DNA of 60,533 nt, filler included, from Asterionella formosa (taxonomy: Eukaryota), in the NCBI GenBank assembly GCA_002256025.1. It is 5 parts of 5 records of this genome, joined end to end, with 100 filler letters (N's around TTAATTAATTAA, not from the genome) between each part and the next. Parts side by side here need not be neighbours in the genome. Positions count along the whole stretch, not along the records: positions 12,156 to 24,195 come from NKIB01007924.1; positions 24,296 to 36,317 come from NKIB01007940.1; 3 more parts are not named here. One strand, written 5' to 3'. The notes beneath the pieces were generated by a model. It was not told the DNA's origin. It searched no databases and worked only from the letters and a program-made list of their open reading frames with translations. The translations under genes were made by a program, and so were the position numbers. Positions within the stretch are counted from its first letter, which is position 1. Each line of letters begins with the position of its first letter. Below are positions 12,156 through 24,579 of the stretch, piece by piece.

Positions 12156-15015
12156 ACACGGGCGAGTTCGTCGGGGTTTCCGAAATTAAAGTCCTGGGTA
12201 GGAACAGTGATGGCGACGCCACGGTTCATATCCTTCTGATGCAGTGCACGAGTCATTGCAGCAAGAAGTTCTGCCTTTTCTTGGCCAAGGAGGCGTCGGT
12301 TGAACGTTAAGGGAATCTGGTTCGATACGTGCTCGTCAACGAACCCGATAACCGGTGGTTCAGGTGACGGGGCTTCGTATTTGTATTGCTCGCCTAGTTT
12401 CAACTCCTTGGGCTGCTTTCCCTTGACGATGTCGCGGTCCAGGCCGCGGACACCAACCTCGCTAGTGAAGTAAGGAGATTCACGGCTGTTGAACGTGTTC
12501 CACAAGTAATCTCCTGTTCTCTGCTGTCCAGGATTAGGATCGGTGTTGATACTGTAGCCGTCTCCGGTGCGAATGACATTGCCGGTGTCAATACGATTCA
12601 TGTCAGTCGAAATGATAGTACCACTATAAATCTTTTGTTTATCGCCCCCAGTCAACGAACCCGAAGAACCCTCGGTAATTAGTGTAGCAGTGGTGTTCTC
12701 GTCAGTCTGGTTATTGATCAGTAATATACCAACAGGCTTGCTGTTTATTATACCATCATACCTGTTAATGGTAACATTCTTTCCAGAAATGGTGATGTTC
12801 TGTTTGGTAACAGGATCATAGATGAAGGTGAATGGTCGTTGTGAGTCTTCGGCACTACGAGGCATATCAATGGTTGATTCTGTCAAGGTTGCCTTGTCAA
12901 AGGTCACAGTTCCTGCTCCATCGGAGATCACAACAGTATCATCCTTTGCGACACGAGTGCTTCCACCGTCATACTCAATCTTGTACCCGTCATCAGTAAC
13001 TTCCGGACAATAGATCTCCATTTCCATGCCGGGTGTCAAATCTCCTCGAGAGGCATCCTGGCAGAAGGACCGGTGAAAGTAAGAGGACGACATAGCATAG
13101 TAAAAATATAATCAAGTATTCTACACCACACTTCAATGAAATCATACGACAAGCTTACCTCGTACTGTTTGGCCTTGGCTCTCTTCACAAATTGCGCAAT
13201 ACGGCTATGTGATGCATCTCGAAGTTTTTTCTGTGCAGAAGGGTCAGATTCAGTCAAGGCTCGTTTAGCAAATCCAAGATCAACATCTAAACCCAATTCC
13301 TCCATAACTCGTTTCGTTGTTTCACGGATGCCATAGTTCACATTGATCGGGACTTCTGCTACTTTCGCTGAGAGAATATGTTCCATGGAAAGGGGAACTT
13401 CTAACGAGGGTATGTAGGCATTTGGATTCAACTCTGTAGAAGGGAGGTTCCACTGTTCAATGCCTTCAAGAATATTCGCATCTAGTCTGGCTGACGCTTG
13501 AGAACGAGACATTTTGGTCGTTGGTTGTTGTGACTTTAAGTACCCTTCATCAGACCAGTTGTCTTCCATTACCCACTGAAAGTGCTCAGCCGCCTTGTTA
13601 TTGTCGGAGGACAGTGGTGCATCTACAGATGGAGGTTTGATAATATTGTTGACGACACCAACGAGCTCAACAGTCACGCGTTGTCCATGTCCAACATTAA
13701 CAAAGAAAGCTGTGGCCTTTCCACAATCAGAAGACCCTATTATGGGTTGTCTGCAGTCCATGATGACAGCAGTAGTGTTGAATCCAGCTTCTTCATCCTG
13801 ATACTTGGACATGCCGGGGAAGAGGCAAGTTGGAGTAGCAGGTGGGCATATTAGCTTCTTTGTGAGGATCATGCGCGAGAAGGCTCCAGCTGTAGAGGCC
13901 ACCATTTGAAATTGGATTCCCGCTGAACCCTCATATCCGGAAGTTTTAAGGCCTGGGTAAATTGATTTGAAGTACGCAACAAGATCATTGGCGTACGTAA
14001 GGCACTTCTCACCAGTCGCAAGGACAGCTGTCGCACACAGGGGACTTGACAGGACAGTAATACTAGTCACAAGCTCAGGAAAGTACACGACGTACACTTC
14101 CTTCGCAACGCTTTTAGAGGTAGGGTCAATGTAAATGACAACACCGGAATCATGCTCCATAGGAGGGGAATCGGTGACGTTGGAAAAGATCTTGGCGACG
14201 TATCCAAGGCGACTTCGGACCTGTTTGTAAACAGTAGAAAGGGGGACTACATTGGGCGAGATTGGATCTTCTGGAAGAACGACGGCATCTCCCGCTAGTC
14301 CAGGGCTAACCTTCAAGGCGCTAGGCCATGTTGCTCCTTCCCACTCTTGAGGGAAAGATAAACATTGATGACTAGCGTATGCTTTGAATTGGTTTTTCTC
14401 GACGTAAGGCTCAAAGTTGGCAAGGCATACCTTGCACTGAGCGCGTATTTCATCCACACTGACATAGAGAAGATTTGGATCCATTCGAGCAACAGGTATC
14501 ATCTGCTGAATAGTAGTGCGATCCATCCCTGTGACCGCCTCATCCCATTGACGTGATTTGAAACAATCATGACGGTAGCGCGACTTTCCGTTGACTCGGT
14601 CGAGAATTGATGACGAAATAATTTCCAAAAGGCGTTCATGCGGTGACGACCAGTCCATACAGACAGTATCATCCTCAACTGTGTACAGTGCTTCCTCCAC
14701 CCCAGTTCCTCGCTGTACCCACTCTTTGCAAATAGAAATGTAGGAAGGAATCTCCAGGCCGGCAGAAACTGTGGGAGGACGGGGAAGGTCCAAGGCCATC
14801 TGCGCATTCAGGGCATATATATTATGAACGCAGTTAACAGCGAGCTGACGAAGTCCACCATTGGGAAATGTGCTGTAAATATCTGTTGGGCTGACAAGAG
14901 CTAGGATTGCCATCAGGGGCAAACCCACGATCAATAGACCCTTTCTCAGGGATGATCCTTTGGGCTCAGTGAAGGCCTTGTGCCCCGCCGTACGGGGTGA
15001 GTAAGGGCGCAGCAT
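12156..15015 (-). CDS. Unknown N-anchored (type II or secreted) protein, paralogue A; two exons (15015-13159, 13057-12156); 3' end lost in the gap
   Basis: A phase-0 GT-AG intron at 13158-13058 (GAG|gtaagc...gccag|GAT) joins the 659-aa and 329-aa ORFs. The joined sequence is collinear with the ORF at 22490-24195. Hydrophobic segment LLIVGLPLMAILALV near the N-terminus. Confidence 0.88.
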
Positions 15016-15899
15016 GCCTTTCCAAATGCTGAAATTGATAGCAAAGCTTATTAAAGTCGATAAAGTTACTGAAGTTGCCTTGCTGAGATGTGTAATAACA
15101 TGAGTAATACTTTATCGGACATGATAATATCAAGAATATATGTCTTCATACGTATGATACTTCGACATTATTTTTAGCGCAGTCATAATGTATAGTGGTA
15201 TTTACATGATCTTAGGTTAATTAAATGCAACTATATTGTGGTCGTAATTTGCTGTCACAAACTCGTGCATGAATAGATAGATATATAATAAAAGTCAATG
15301 TCTACATCGAATTAAGAAATTCTATATATACATCTGATAAAATACAACAATGTATATATTACACCACACCATGCGCACTAAAATACCGTACTCCGAGTAC
15401 ATTACAGGTTATCCGAGTACCAAGTACCACATAAGTGCAGTCATGCATGTGTAAAGGTGTGCCGACAAAAGTCATCGAAATTTCTATTTAATATCTGTGA
15501 CTCGCGACACTACGGTCATCCTAAACATTCGTTGACTATGTCTATGACGTGACCCAAGGAGAATGCCTACAATATCCGGGCAATGAGATGATGGTCATGG
15601 CGTTTTCTTTAAGTTCAAATTGTTGTGTAGTGGTCCTTCTTCACACCCTGATTTTAGGTCATTCCGATTCCTAAAAAAGTCAGTACAAAGCATGCATACT
15701 ACGAGAATGACTTCTACCCCCAACGGACATCACACCCCTTTACACAGAAAATTCTTATATTTTATGTTTGATCAATTAAAATTTTGATACATAGCATAGC
15801 ATGACTGCTTCGACAATTGAAAAGTATTTGAAGATTTTTATGACAATTAGCTAATTCACCTAAACCTGCGTCAAGTACAGCCACAAAGCCCATCATGTG

Positions 15900-18800
15900 T
15901 TAAATGGCAATATCAGAAATCTGTTTGCTACTGAAAAAATGTGGCTTTGCAATGACGTCATGGACCTTGTTAGGCATGGTTCTCAGATAGGTACTAGGCC
16001 ACTTATTTTGGTCTAGATGCCAGCACTGGTCCTTTGGAGTCACCATTGGAAGAACTCCCAATGAACAACTAGTAGCAACAATCATATCAAATGCCCTCCT
16101 GCAATGCAAATCTGACATTTCCTGATATAACAACCCTCCTTTTTCATGTGCAGCTAAATCTAAACTTCTCATGAGAAGCTTGAATTCCTCGAACCTTTCC
16201 CTCCCTTTGAAAACTTCATAGCACTCTGTCCTTACACTGTATCCTTAGAGTATGCCATAGTTTGTATGCAACAAGGAGGCCACATTTGGGAATTTCCCCC
16301 AACCCATCTAAAGTTTCCCTACTTGTGAATCCAAATTTTTTGTTCACCCATGAATTTGGCTTGATCTATGATCCATCACCAGTAGCTGACTATGGCATAT
16401 TGTTTGCTGTTGGAAACCATTGATCTAGCTCCTCCACAACAATTTTTCAAAAATTCTTTCAAAATATACTTCATTCTAGTCTCTGACAATGTCCCACCCA
16501 TGGTATGGTCATCCAACATCTTTTTGATACCTTCTAACACTCCTGGCTGTATTTCTGAAACAATAACCTTGATGTGCTCGATTGCAACAAGCTCGACAAC
16601 ATGAGGCAGAACCCCAGTCAGCTTCGTAACACACCTCTGTACAACGACACTGTCATCCTCCCAAGGATACGCTACTAGTACTAGCTACTCTGACAGAATC
16701 CCGCAACTCAATAAACTCTTGTTTCCTGAAAACGGGGCGACTTTGCAAGTATTGAATTGGTGAGGAATGCGCTTTGTAGCATCGAAATGGTGATGCATAG
16801 ATCATGCTATCATTCTGAACTATCATAATAGTGTTTTTCAATGGTGTGGTAGGAACCTTTTGATTCAAATCCATCTTTTTTCACCATAGCCACTGCCTTG
16901 GAAACGCCAACAGTACCATGATAAATACGTCCTGTACAGAAGCGCCAAACTTTGCAGATAGTACATTCATATCGCTTAAAATTCGACCTTGAAAGTACTG
17001 GTCACCAGCACCCTCAAACAACATAGAATAGTATAATTTTGCACACCTGACAAAGCAACTAGTCCTCCCACCCCGGCCGGTTATTGACTGATATAATTGA
17101 AAGGAGCTGCCCTAGTACCGCTAGAAAAATATTTAACCTGACCCTCCTTTCTAAATGGAATGTACACCTATGTCATAAGGTCCATAGCCAAGTTCAAGTA
17201 TCTCAGCATCCTTGTGCTTTTCTAGCACATGTTGTAGAATATCCCTAAATCGTGGCGTTCCTCCTACTTGGGACCTGGCAACAGCATACCATCCCATCCT
17301 GGAAGAGTCTTAAAAAACACAACAAGCTAGTACTCCATAACAACAGTCACACAGCACACAGGACACTTGTCAGCGGTTTTGTAAATATGTCGGGGATGCA
17401 AGTTCCTGGACCCTACAGGGTCATTCTTAACATGTGAAAATGAAATTCCAAATACATCAGCCCTCCACATCAGGTGCTTTGAGCATATACAGGTATTTTA
17501 ACCCCTTGACATCAAATTCCAAGTCAATGGCTGAGCACTACCGAAAATGTTCTTAAGTGAACCTCCATCAAGTAGCCATATTATAGATTTTTCATAGACC
17601 TCGAAAGTAATTTCGCGCTTGCCCATTTCCACAGAACCAAGGCCTTCCTGCACAGCCTTTGACACTACGCGTACAACTCCTTCCATTTACTTGTCCACAT
17701 TCTTTGAAAATTCATCACTTGCCCTGAACTTGTGGAGCCTGGAAATTATTCAAGATTGAGCGCTTGTCCATAGAAACCTTTCCCTTCAACAAAGGCAGAC
17801 ACACCATTATTCTTCCAATTCGAGATGTTTAGTCCTTGTAGACCATACCACTAAAATCAGTGGGTGTAGGGCTATTCTCCTTGTCCAACCATTCCCTATC
17901 AACAACTCTTGCATTAGCTTCCCACTTTTTCTGCGAAATTACTTGGTCGTCTGTGATCGCTACATGAATCTGATCAAGCAATCTTATTAGGTTGATCAAA
18001 CTCATCTGTCAATCCCTTAATTGTTTGTCAGATTCATTCTTGTACCAAATTACCAACCACATCATTATTTTCACGGCTTCATTTCTATAGCGGTCTCTAA
18101 TTGATTATACTCTATTTTTCTATGTAGCATTAGGAATTTATCAGGTAACCTCTTTTTTCGTCAACAAGCGATCATGCTTATTTTCTTATTGCACTAGTGC
18201 CAGCAGCATTTCCCCTTTGCTGCTCAAACCGATCTCGCTCCTCCTCCCATTATATAATAAGAAGTCGTCCTTGCTTCAAAATGATCTTCCATATTGCTTG
18301 AAGCATCCAAAACATGTGAAAAGGCTCTAATTAGCTAGAATTCGTCTCTCCATAAAGAAGATATAGCACTCCGTCACAGGAAACGCATTGACGGCTGATT
18401 GCAGCAGTATGAGGAAATTTGCCAGCATCATTGAGCAAATTGGGATGCAGATTCGATTATTTGGAAAGAACTCTTCCCACACTTTTCATTTGTAGAGGAA
18501 GTTGTTGATCTTCACTTTCATTTCTTCGATCCACTTATCTCGTTCAGGATGATTCATGATTACTTGAGCTTATTCATATCCTCTAGGTTCTCCTGGGTCT
18601 GATGCTAAGCAATGTTGTTGAATAAATCGGGATTTGTGTTCATTAATCCAGCCATATTAACAACTATCTGTATTTTCTCTCTGCTGTGCTTGGAGGGAGC
18701 AAAATGTCCATGAGGTTCAATGGGTGGTATCATCTTGGCTGGGTTGTTACTAGCTCCATCATCCAGTACTGGTAATGGTAGTACCACAATTTCTCGTGAT

Positions 18801-18950
18801 AGTGTGGCGATATTTTCATTGTCATGGACTCTCATGTCTGTTGTGACATTTTCTTTCATGTCAATCTCCCCATTTGATGTTTTCTTTCTTGGTTTCAGGT
18901 TGATAAAACATTTTTCACGTGTCGCCTGCATGATTGACAGAGTAGCCAAT
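15900..18950 (-). mobile_element. Decayed CryptonS-type tyrosine-recombinase DNA transposon; boundaries approximate
   Basis: Frameshifted fragments GKREITFEVYEK, LTWNLMSRG, ADVFGISFSHVKND..GSRNLHPRHIY, DIGVHSI-RK, YFSSGTRAAP-SIISVNNR.GW and EGAGDQY..GRILS.MNVLSAKF (about 17630-16940) match the stramenopile Crypton recombinase pattern. Confidence 0.82.
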
Positions 18951-19455
18951 CATTCTGCTACATTCAATCTTAAGATTGTAGTATATCTCAGGAAATTTTC
19001 CATCCAAATCCAATCCTGACATTGCTGCATTTTTTTGTTACATTACTATTTTTAGGTGTTTGTGTTTTGATACAACCATCCGCCCATAGGAGTCCCTGTG
19101 ACATCACTTTATAGTGAGCTCTGCACTCTCTACAAGACTACTAAGTTCCATTTTGATCTTTTCCACTTCTACTTCAATAATCTTAAAAAATTTTCTTCCA
19201 AATTAATATTGTGGCCTGCACTTGACACCCACAGTTGATATTATACTCTGGCAATAGCTGATGGTTTCATCATAATATACCGTTAGTTCGGTACCTGGTT
19301 CATTGTTTCAGGTATAACTCATCTTTGAAGCAGGATCATACGTATTTGCAGTCGATCACCTGACTCGACTAAAATGATCCCTTCACTATTAAATTCTACC
19401 CGTAATTTGCATTACCGGTACCTGTATTACTGGTAGCTATTATTATCGTTGTCCA

Positions 19456-22026
19456 ATGAGATTTACATCAAGCAAGTCACATTACTGTGTTCATACACAC
19501 ACACAAAAAGAGACGACTGTGGACAGGATGATGGCGTTCGTATTGACAATTATAATTCAACTGTGTTTGGTGAGCAATAATGCTGCCATGATACGATCCT
19601 TTCGTCTGTTCAAAGTCAGTCTTATCATGTCCAAACGATCCCACAGCAGCCTGTCCGCGTCTTCCAGCAACTGGTCCACGTTGGCACAAGAATGGACCAT
19701 TGACGTCCAATCCGTGCAGATGAAATCCAACAACGCATTGGTGGCAGCGCCCTCTGACGATGACGCAATAACCAAGGCCATTCAACGATCTCTCCCGCTT
19801 CTTGAAGATTCGAACTCCGTACCCTTTGTGTGTCGCTACAGAACAGACGTGATTGCACCACTCAGCGTTCCTCAAGTGCACTATCTTGCAGAAAAACTTC
19901 AGAAGCACAAAGCTCTGGCGACGTTGCGTAGCAAACTGATAAAAGTTGCGCCGAATCAACTTCACCGTAAGATCTTTGCATCCACATCCAAATCGGAATT
20001 GGACGATATGTATGCACCCTATAAACCTCCCAGCAAGGGGAGTATAACTGAACGGATTCAAAACGATCATCCTGAATTGGTTCACCTAGTCGACAGCGTT
20101 TGGTCGGGCGACCAACACGTTGCAGTTCACAAACTGATACCAAGAGAGTTCGCGGTTCATTTAATTGCGTCCAAGATTGCCAGTGATCCGACAGTCATGG
20201 ATCAACTCACTGAACGAATGACACGAGATTGTCGTGTCAAGATTGGGGAATTGGACGACAAAGAGAAAAAGTATAGTAACTATTATGATTTAAACCAGCC
20301 CATGCATTCCTTGCGAGACCATCAAGTAATGGCTATTACTCGAGGTGCTGATCAAAAGGCTTTGAAAATAAGCTATGAAATGGACGCCGAAAAGATGCTA
20401 GACATGCTTCGTTGGGTGCTGACAAATCAAGTACTTCCCCCAAGGATGGCCAAGGACTTCAAATACAATGACGACGTCAAGTCTTTGTTACAGGATGCCA
20501 TCAAAGATGCTTGGACTAGGTTATTGCGCCGAAAAGTAACTACGCGTTTGTGGTCCAAAAAAGTCAAGATTGCGGAGCTCCGAGCAATGCAAGTCTTTCA
20601 AGAAAATTTGAGGAATGCGTTGCTTGCCCCGCCTATGGTGCCTCCCAAACCTATCCTTGCTCTGGATCCGGGCTTTCACGCAGGTATTAAAAGTGCAGTA
20701 TTGGATCCATCTGGAAAAGTTGTGACGGATAGTTTAATGGCAATACAGTTCCTTGGCAGCAAGAAAACGATTGGGATAGAGAAAATGGTTAGTCTGATAA
20801 AACTAGCAAAGAAACAATCCAATGACGAAAAGGTAACTGTGGCACTTGGGAATGGACATGGGACGCACGAGTGCCGACAGTTGATACAGGAAGCTTCCAA
20901 GACTGCTAATATTCAAATTGAAGTTCACTTGGTCAATGAAGCTGGAGCTTCAGTTTGGTCTGTTACAGAAATAGCTTCACAAGAGTTTCCATTGCACCAA
21001 CCCAGTGAGATTGCTGCCATATCGATTGGCCGTAGGCTCCAAAATCCCTTGCAGGAGCTTGTCAAGGTGCCTCCGCGTAGTTTGGGACTTGGTATGTATC
21101 AGCATGATTTGTCAGAAAAGGACTTGGACGAGCGCCTACACCTTACCTGTGTAGATGCAGTGGCCGCTGTAGGGGTGGATGTGAACAGCTGTTCTCTTGA
21201 GATTCTTCAAAAGGTTCCTGGATTGAACAAACTAGCTCCCAAGATCATTGATGCAAGACCAATCAAATGCCGAGATGATTTAATGAAGATTACTGGGATT
21301 GGACCGACTACATTTGAAAACTGCGCTGCATTTGTTAGGTGTAAAGGAAAGGATGATTTGGACTCCACACTTGTGCATCCAGAGTCTTATGAATTGGCAC
21401 GTTGGCTTCTGAAAAATCTCGGCTGGAAGCTATCTATTCCACCAAAGATACTACCTCCACGAGAAGAATGGGGCTCATATTGGTCAGACTCCATCGATGC
21501 TGCATCCAAGAAATTCGGCGTCCCTGGCGAAAGAATTTTATTGGTGGCAGGACACCTGGTGGACTCCATGACGAACCCAGACCCACGCTTGAAAGTAGGG
21601 ACTTCGAGGAGTCAAGGAGCATTGATGGGAGTTACCCCACTATCTCCTGACCTCGCTTGCAATGCTGATGAATTACGAAACGCTTGTCCAGTCCGAGGAG
21701 TTATTGGAACCATTCGCAACATCGCGGATTTTGGCGTATTTATTGATTTTGGAGGGCACAATGATGGATTAATTCACAAATCCAAGTTGGGTTCGCAATG
21801 TATGGATTCATTGCTGATTGGACAAGAGTTAGGAATTGACATTCTCTCTGTAGATGCCAACCACAAGGTGTCTCTTGCATTAGCTGGTTTGGGTTACGAG
21901 CCAGAGGACAATCGAAGATCAGGTCCAGCGAACAACTCCAAGTTATCAAATAAACGACAATACTCCTCCAGCACAGCAACCAATGGGGCAGCTGGCACTG
22001 ACCCAAAGCGACCAAAATCCAAATAA
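19456..22026 (+). CDS. Tex/YhgF-like S1 RNA-binding domain protein (SRBD1-like); true start may be a downstream Met
   Basis: VPFVCRYR N-terminal motif; YqgF-like domain (LALDPGFHAGIK, VNEAGASVWS); AAISIGRRLQNPLQELVKV..SLGLGMYQHD; HhH motifs; LDSTLVHPESY; C-terminal S1 domain (GTIRNIADFGVFIDFG..DGLIH). Confidence 0.93.
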   Translation: MRFTSSKSHYCVHTHTQKETTVDRMMAFVLTIIIQLCLVSNNAAMIRSFRLFKVSLIMSKRSHSSLSASSSNWSTLAQEWTIDVQSVQMKSNNALVAAPSDDDAITKAIQRSLPLLEDSNSVPFVCRYRTDVIAPLSVPQVHYLAEKLQKHKALATLRSKLIKVAPNQLHRKIFASTSKSELDDMYAPYKPPSKGSITERIQNDHPELVHLVDSVWSGDQHVAVHKLIPREFAVHLIASKIASDPTVMDQLTERMTRDCRVKIGELDDKEKKYSNYYDLNQPMHSLRDHQVMAITRGADQKALKISYEMDAEKMLDMLRWVLTNQVLPPRMAKDFKYNDDVKSLLQDAIKDAWTRLLRRKVTTRLWSKKVKIAELRAMQVFQENLRNALLAPPMVPPKPILALDPGFHAGIKSAVLDPSGKVVTDSLMAIQFLGSKKTIGIEKMVSLIKLAKKQSNDEKVTVALGNGHGTHECRQLIQEASKTANIQIEVHLVNEAGASVWSVTEIASQEFPLHQPSEIAAISIGRRLQNPLQELVKVPPRSLGLGMYQHDLSEKDLDERLHLTCVDAVAAVGVDVNSCSLEILQKVPGLNKLAPKIIDARPIKCRDDLMKITGIGPTTFENCAAFVRCKGKDDLDSTLVHPESYELARWLLKNLGWKLSIPPKILPPREEWGSYWSDSIDAASKKFGVPGERILLVAGHLVDSMTNPDPRLKVGTSRSQGALMGVTPLSPDLACNADELRNACPVRGVIGTIRNIADFGVFIDFGGHNDGLIHKSKLGSQCMDSLLIGQELGIDILSVDANHKVSLALAGLGYEPEDNRRSGPANNSKLSNKRQYSSSTATNGAAGTDPKRPKSK

Positions 22027-22489
22027 AGAAGAATATTCTAGAAATTGACAATGTTAAGGGCATTGTTTGCTTCTAATAGATACGTGTGTTTAAACCACTG
22101 TCTGACAAAATGGAAATCTCGCAACTCCCCTGCCGAATTCGTATCACGACGTTCTACTAAAGGTTGCAAGTTTCCAACTCTTGGGCCAGCTCCTCTTTTG
22201 TGTTGAGGTGAATCCTGTGCCCTCTGCAACTAGACTCTCGGACAATCGCCTCCGTTGTACTTCATTTTAACCTCCGATACCAGTCGTCCCCACGATTGCA
22301 ATCTTGCGATTCCTCATGGAAAAAATCGTCCTTAATTACTGTTGATAGTGATCTGCACGCAACATTTAGCGCAATAAATTAACTTTATTTGAATAAACGA
22401 AAGCGACATGGCACGACAGCTATTTATATATTCCCTTTATTAATATTATTCTCTACGGATCACAACTTGGATCCGTTGCTTAGGAATAC

Positions 22490-24195
22490 CTAAAGTTCAC
22501 GAGATGCTGTTATTTCAGCGTCGGCAAGGAGTGCCTGAATTTCCTTCGAAGCGGCAATTACCTTGTCCTTGTGTTGGTTGCAAACACGGGAAATTTCGTC
22601 CGGATTTCCAAAGTTATAGTCATTCTTGTCGATGAGGATGGGAACACCACGGCTCATGTCATTCTGCAGGAGTTGACGACGGATGGCAGGTGGGTCAGGA
22701 GACTTGGCATCGTAGGTGTACTGATCCTCCTTGCTCAACTCCTTCGGCTGCTTTCTATTGACGATATCACGGTCCAAATCGCGGACACCGGTCTCTGCTG
22801 TGGAGTATATGGAGTCGCGGCTATTGAATTCGTCCCACGTATTTTGCTGCGGCGACATACCAGAACGCTTTTCGCCAGGGAAAGGATCTTCTTGGATCGC
22901 GTAGGCATTGCCTTTACGCACGACAGAGCCAGGGTCGGCACGGTTCATACCAGTCGAAATCACTGTTCCACTGTAAATCTTCTGGGTTTCGCCGATATGA
23001 AGGTTACCAGAAGCTCCCTCGGTAACGAGAGTGGCAGTGTAAGTGCTGGTCTGGTTATCTATTAATAACATCCCAATGGATGTCTTGCCAATAGTACCAT
23101 CAGATTTATTGATAGTGATATTCTTTCCAGCAATCGTTATGTTCTTCTTGGTAACAGGATCGTAAATAAAGGTGACAGGAATTTGTCCCCCCTTCGCATC
23201 CCGAGGAAGCATCACGGTTTTCTCCTTCAAATCGTCTTTGTCGAAAACGACGGTCCCAGCCCCATCGGAGATGATGACTCGGTCGTTCTTGGTCAGACGC
23301 GTGGTACCATCTTTAATCTCAATCTTGTATCCATCAGCAGTAACCTCTGGACAGTAGACCTCCATCTCCATACTGGGAATAGGGTTTCCGTTAGATGCAT
23401 CTTCCAACTGTACCGCCTTTGCCTTCGTGACAAAGAGCTCGATTCGCTTTCGAGAAGCTAGGAGCAGTTTCGCCTGCGAATTGATGACAGATGGAGTCAA
23501 CGCTCTCGTGGCAAACTTAAAGTCCTTGTCGCAATCTAACCCCAATTCATCCATAACGCGATTGTTAGTTCCGCGAGTACCGTAGTTGAGGTTGATGGGA
23601 AGGTCATCAACTTCACGGGCCATCACGTACACCATATCTACAGGAACCTCCACTAGAGGTACGTAGACATTGGGGTTTGCTGCAGCGTTTGGAAGTCCCA
23701 ACGATGCAATAGATGCAAGGATTTGATCGTCTGAGATTGCGCCAGCGACAGATCGAGCCATCTTGACTTTTGTAGGTGGCTTGCCCTTGGCGTATCCCTC
23801 GTCTTTAAAGTCGTCCACCATGACAAACTTGAATTGAGCTGCTGCCTTGAGCCCATTACTAGCCAAGGGTATAACCACATCTTTACTCAAAGGTCTCTTC
23901 ATATCAGGAGGGATATCAACGAGCTCGAGGCTCATACGCTGCCCGTGACCAACGTTCATGTAGAAGGCAGTAGCCTTGCCACAATTGGTAGATCCTAAGC
24001 ACTCCATGATGACGGCAGAGGTGTCAAAGCCTGCTTCCAGATCTATCATCTTGGACATACCAGGAAATAGACAGCTAGGAGTGGCTGGAGGACAGATGAG
24101 TTTTTTAGCAAGAATCATACGAGAGAAGGCGCCAGCGGTGGAGGCAACCATCTGATATTGAATTCCTTGGAGGCCGTGAAAGCCACTGTGGTGGA
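22490..24195 (-). CDS. Unknown protein, paralogue B (3' part; 5' part lost in the gap)
   Basis: Frame is open up to the gap. Shares QMVASTAGAFSRMIL.KKLICPPATP.CLFPGMSK, MEME.YCPEVT.DGYKIE and FIYDPVTK with paralogue A. Confidence 0.9.
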
Positions 24196-24295
24196 NNNNN
24201 NNNNNNNNNNNNNNNNNNNNNNNNNNNNNNNNNNNNNNNTTAATTAATTAANNNNNNNNNNNNNNNNNNNNNNNNNNNNNNNNNNNNNNNNNNNN
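24196..24295. other. Artificial contig linker
   Basis: 100-bp N linker with TTAATTAATTAA. Confidence 0.99.
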
Positions 24296-24579
24296 CAAGG
24301 ACAAATGTTGGTATGCCATTTATTTCGTCAGCAAAGAATGCTGCAATCATACCGACGACTGTTTCGTCAGGAACTACAATACCGAATGGCTTCCATTCAA
24401 CCAATTTTAGATACTCTCAATCAACCGGTCCCGACGCCCCGACCTCTGCAAAGATAACAATTAGAACTCTAAGTTCAGAATTTACCTTGAGTAAGGAATA
24501 GACCCATCCCCGTCTACTACTTTTTAGCCGACATTGGCCCCATGAACTGACACACCTTTTCCTCCCTACTCATCCACTT

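Noticed and set aside
19224..19236. 13-bp match GACACCCACAGTT with 57350
   Set aside because: Matches of this length are expected by chance in 60 kb, and flanks do not align.
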